64,000 bases of DNA. Origin: Gracilinanus agilis (taxonomy: Eukaryota). A program made the translations under genes and the position numbers. The notes under the pieces were generated by a model. It made no database searches. It was given only the letters and a program-made list of their open reading frames with translations, and was not told the DNA's origin. Every line of letters starts with the position of its first letter. Positions within the stretch are counted from its first letter, which is position 1. The DNA is taken from NCBI RefSeq assembly GCF_016433145.1, contig NC_058130.1, positions 496,394,966 to 496,458,965 of the forward strand, given 5' to 3'. Positions 63,171 through 64,000 of this stretch are shown one piece after another.

Positions 63171-64000
63171 CCTCAAGTTTTGTGTAGCAATTATGCCCCC
63201 AAAGCCTATTACAAGTCTTTTGGCCTCTAAACCCAAGTATGCAAAGTCAGTGATGCAACTTAATGAGAAAATAAAGGAAGGCATTTATGGTATTGAAGAT
63301 TTCATATGTTATGAAAAGTTACTATTGTCTGAAATCAATGGGATTTTAAAAATTGAAATGTTAACACAAAAGATCAAGAATTCTAGGAAATTAGAAAAAA
63401 TGTTTTGCATACTATCAATTTTATTTTGCCTACTACATTTAATAGGTTATTTCCTGATTACTATTTTAAGAAAAGTGAATGTTATCAGAATTAATGTTTT
63501 TAATAAAATATTATGTGTATTTTCAACAATATCTAGAGAAAGAAAATAGGTGTTTTTTTGTGGTCCTAGGAACCTTATCCCATATCTCTCATAGGTTTAA
63601 GGTACCAACATTCACATTTTTTTTACTTTTGAGCCATTCTCTAGGAATGTTATCTTGACAAAAGCTAAATATTGACTATACTTTGTTTTATGCATTTAAA
63701 AATGTTTTCTGAGAAAGAAAATAGGCTTCACGAGTTTGCCAAAGTTGTCCATGACACATTCCAAAAAAGATTAAGAATCCTTGCTTTACAGAGTTACCTG
63801 GGGCTCTAAAAGGTTAAATGACTTGCCCACAGTCACACAGTTAATATCTGTCAAAGACAAAACTTGAAACCAGATTTTGGCTGCTTTTATCTACCACTTA
63901 CATTGTTTATATGTATGCATATTCACATATATATTGTATATGTATATAGTTATACATATTGTAGAGGAGACTGTTTTTTTACACAGTTTGGACTAGATGG

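Noticed and set aside
1-64000. CRISPR arrays, operons or prokaryotic defence systems; a host-gene orientation inferred from L1 strand bias
   Set aside because: The DNA is mammalian with no regularly spaced repeat-spacer array or dense coding. L1 fragments occur about equally on both strands, so no orientation can be inferred.

Overview
AT-rich, CpG-poor eukaryotic genomic DNA, almost certainly marsupial and most likely the opossum Monodelphis domestica. The evidence is SINE1_Mdo-like and MAR1-like CORE-SINEs, marsupial-type L1 and RTE sequences, and two scaffold N gaps. The window looks like a large intron or gene desert dominated by repeats: L1 (one young 5' end with an open ORF1 at the left edge, plus many old fragments), RTE, L2, CR1/L3, MIR, hAT MITEs, one solo LTR and microsatellites. 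I found no host protein-coding exon, RNA gene, CRISPR array or prokaryotic system that I can support with confidence, and nearly all ORF-track entries are repeat-derived or chance. The best leads are a relic HDV-like ribozyme fold in an RTE 5' region (27285-27412, minus), a candidate promoter and first exon with phased forkhead sites (46180-46685), a composite RTE-like/SINE element, a perfect-TIR hAT MITE, and an inverted L1 pair. Repeat family names come from recalled consensus sequences, not a database search. Boundaries of old repeats are approximate (tens of bp).
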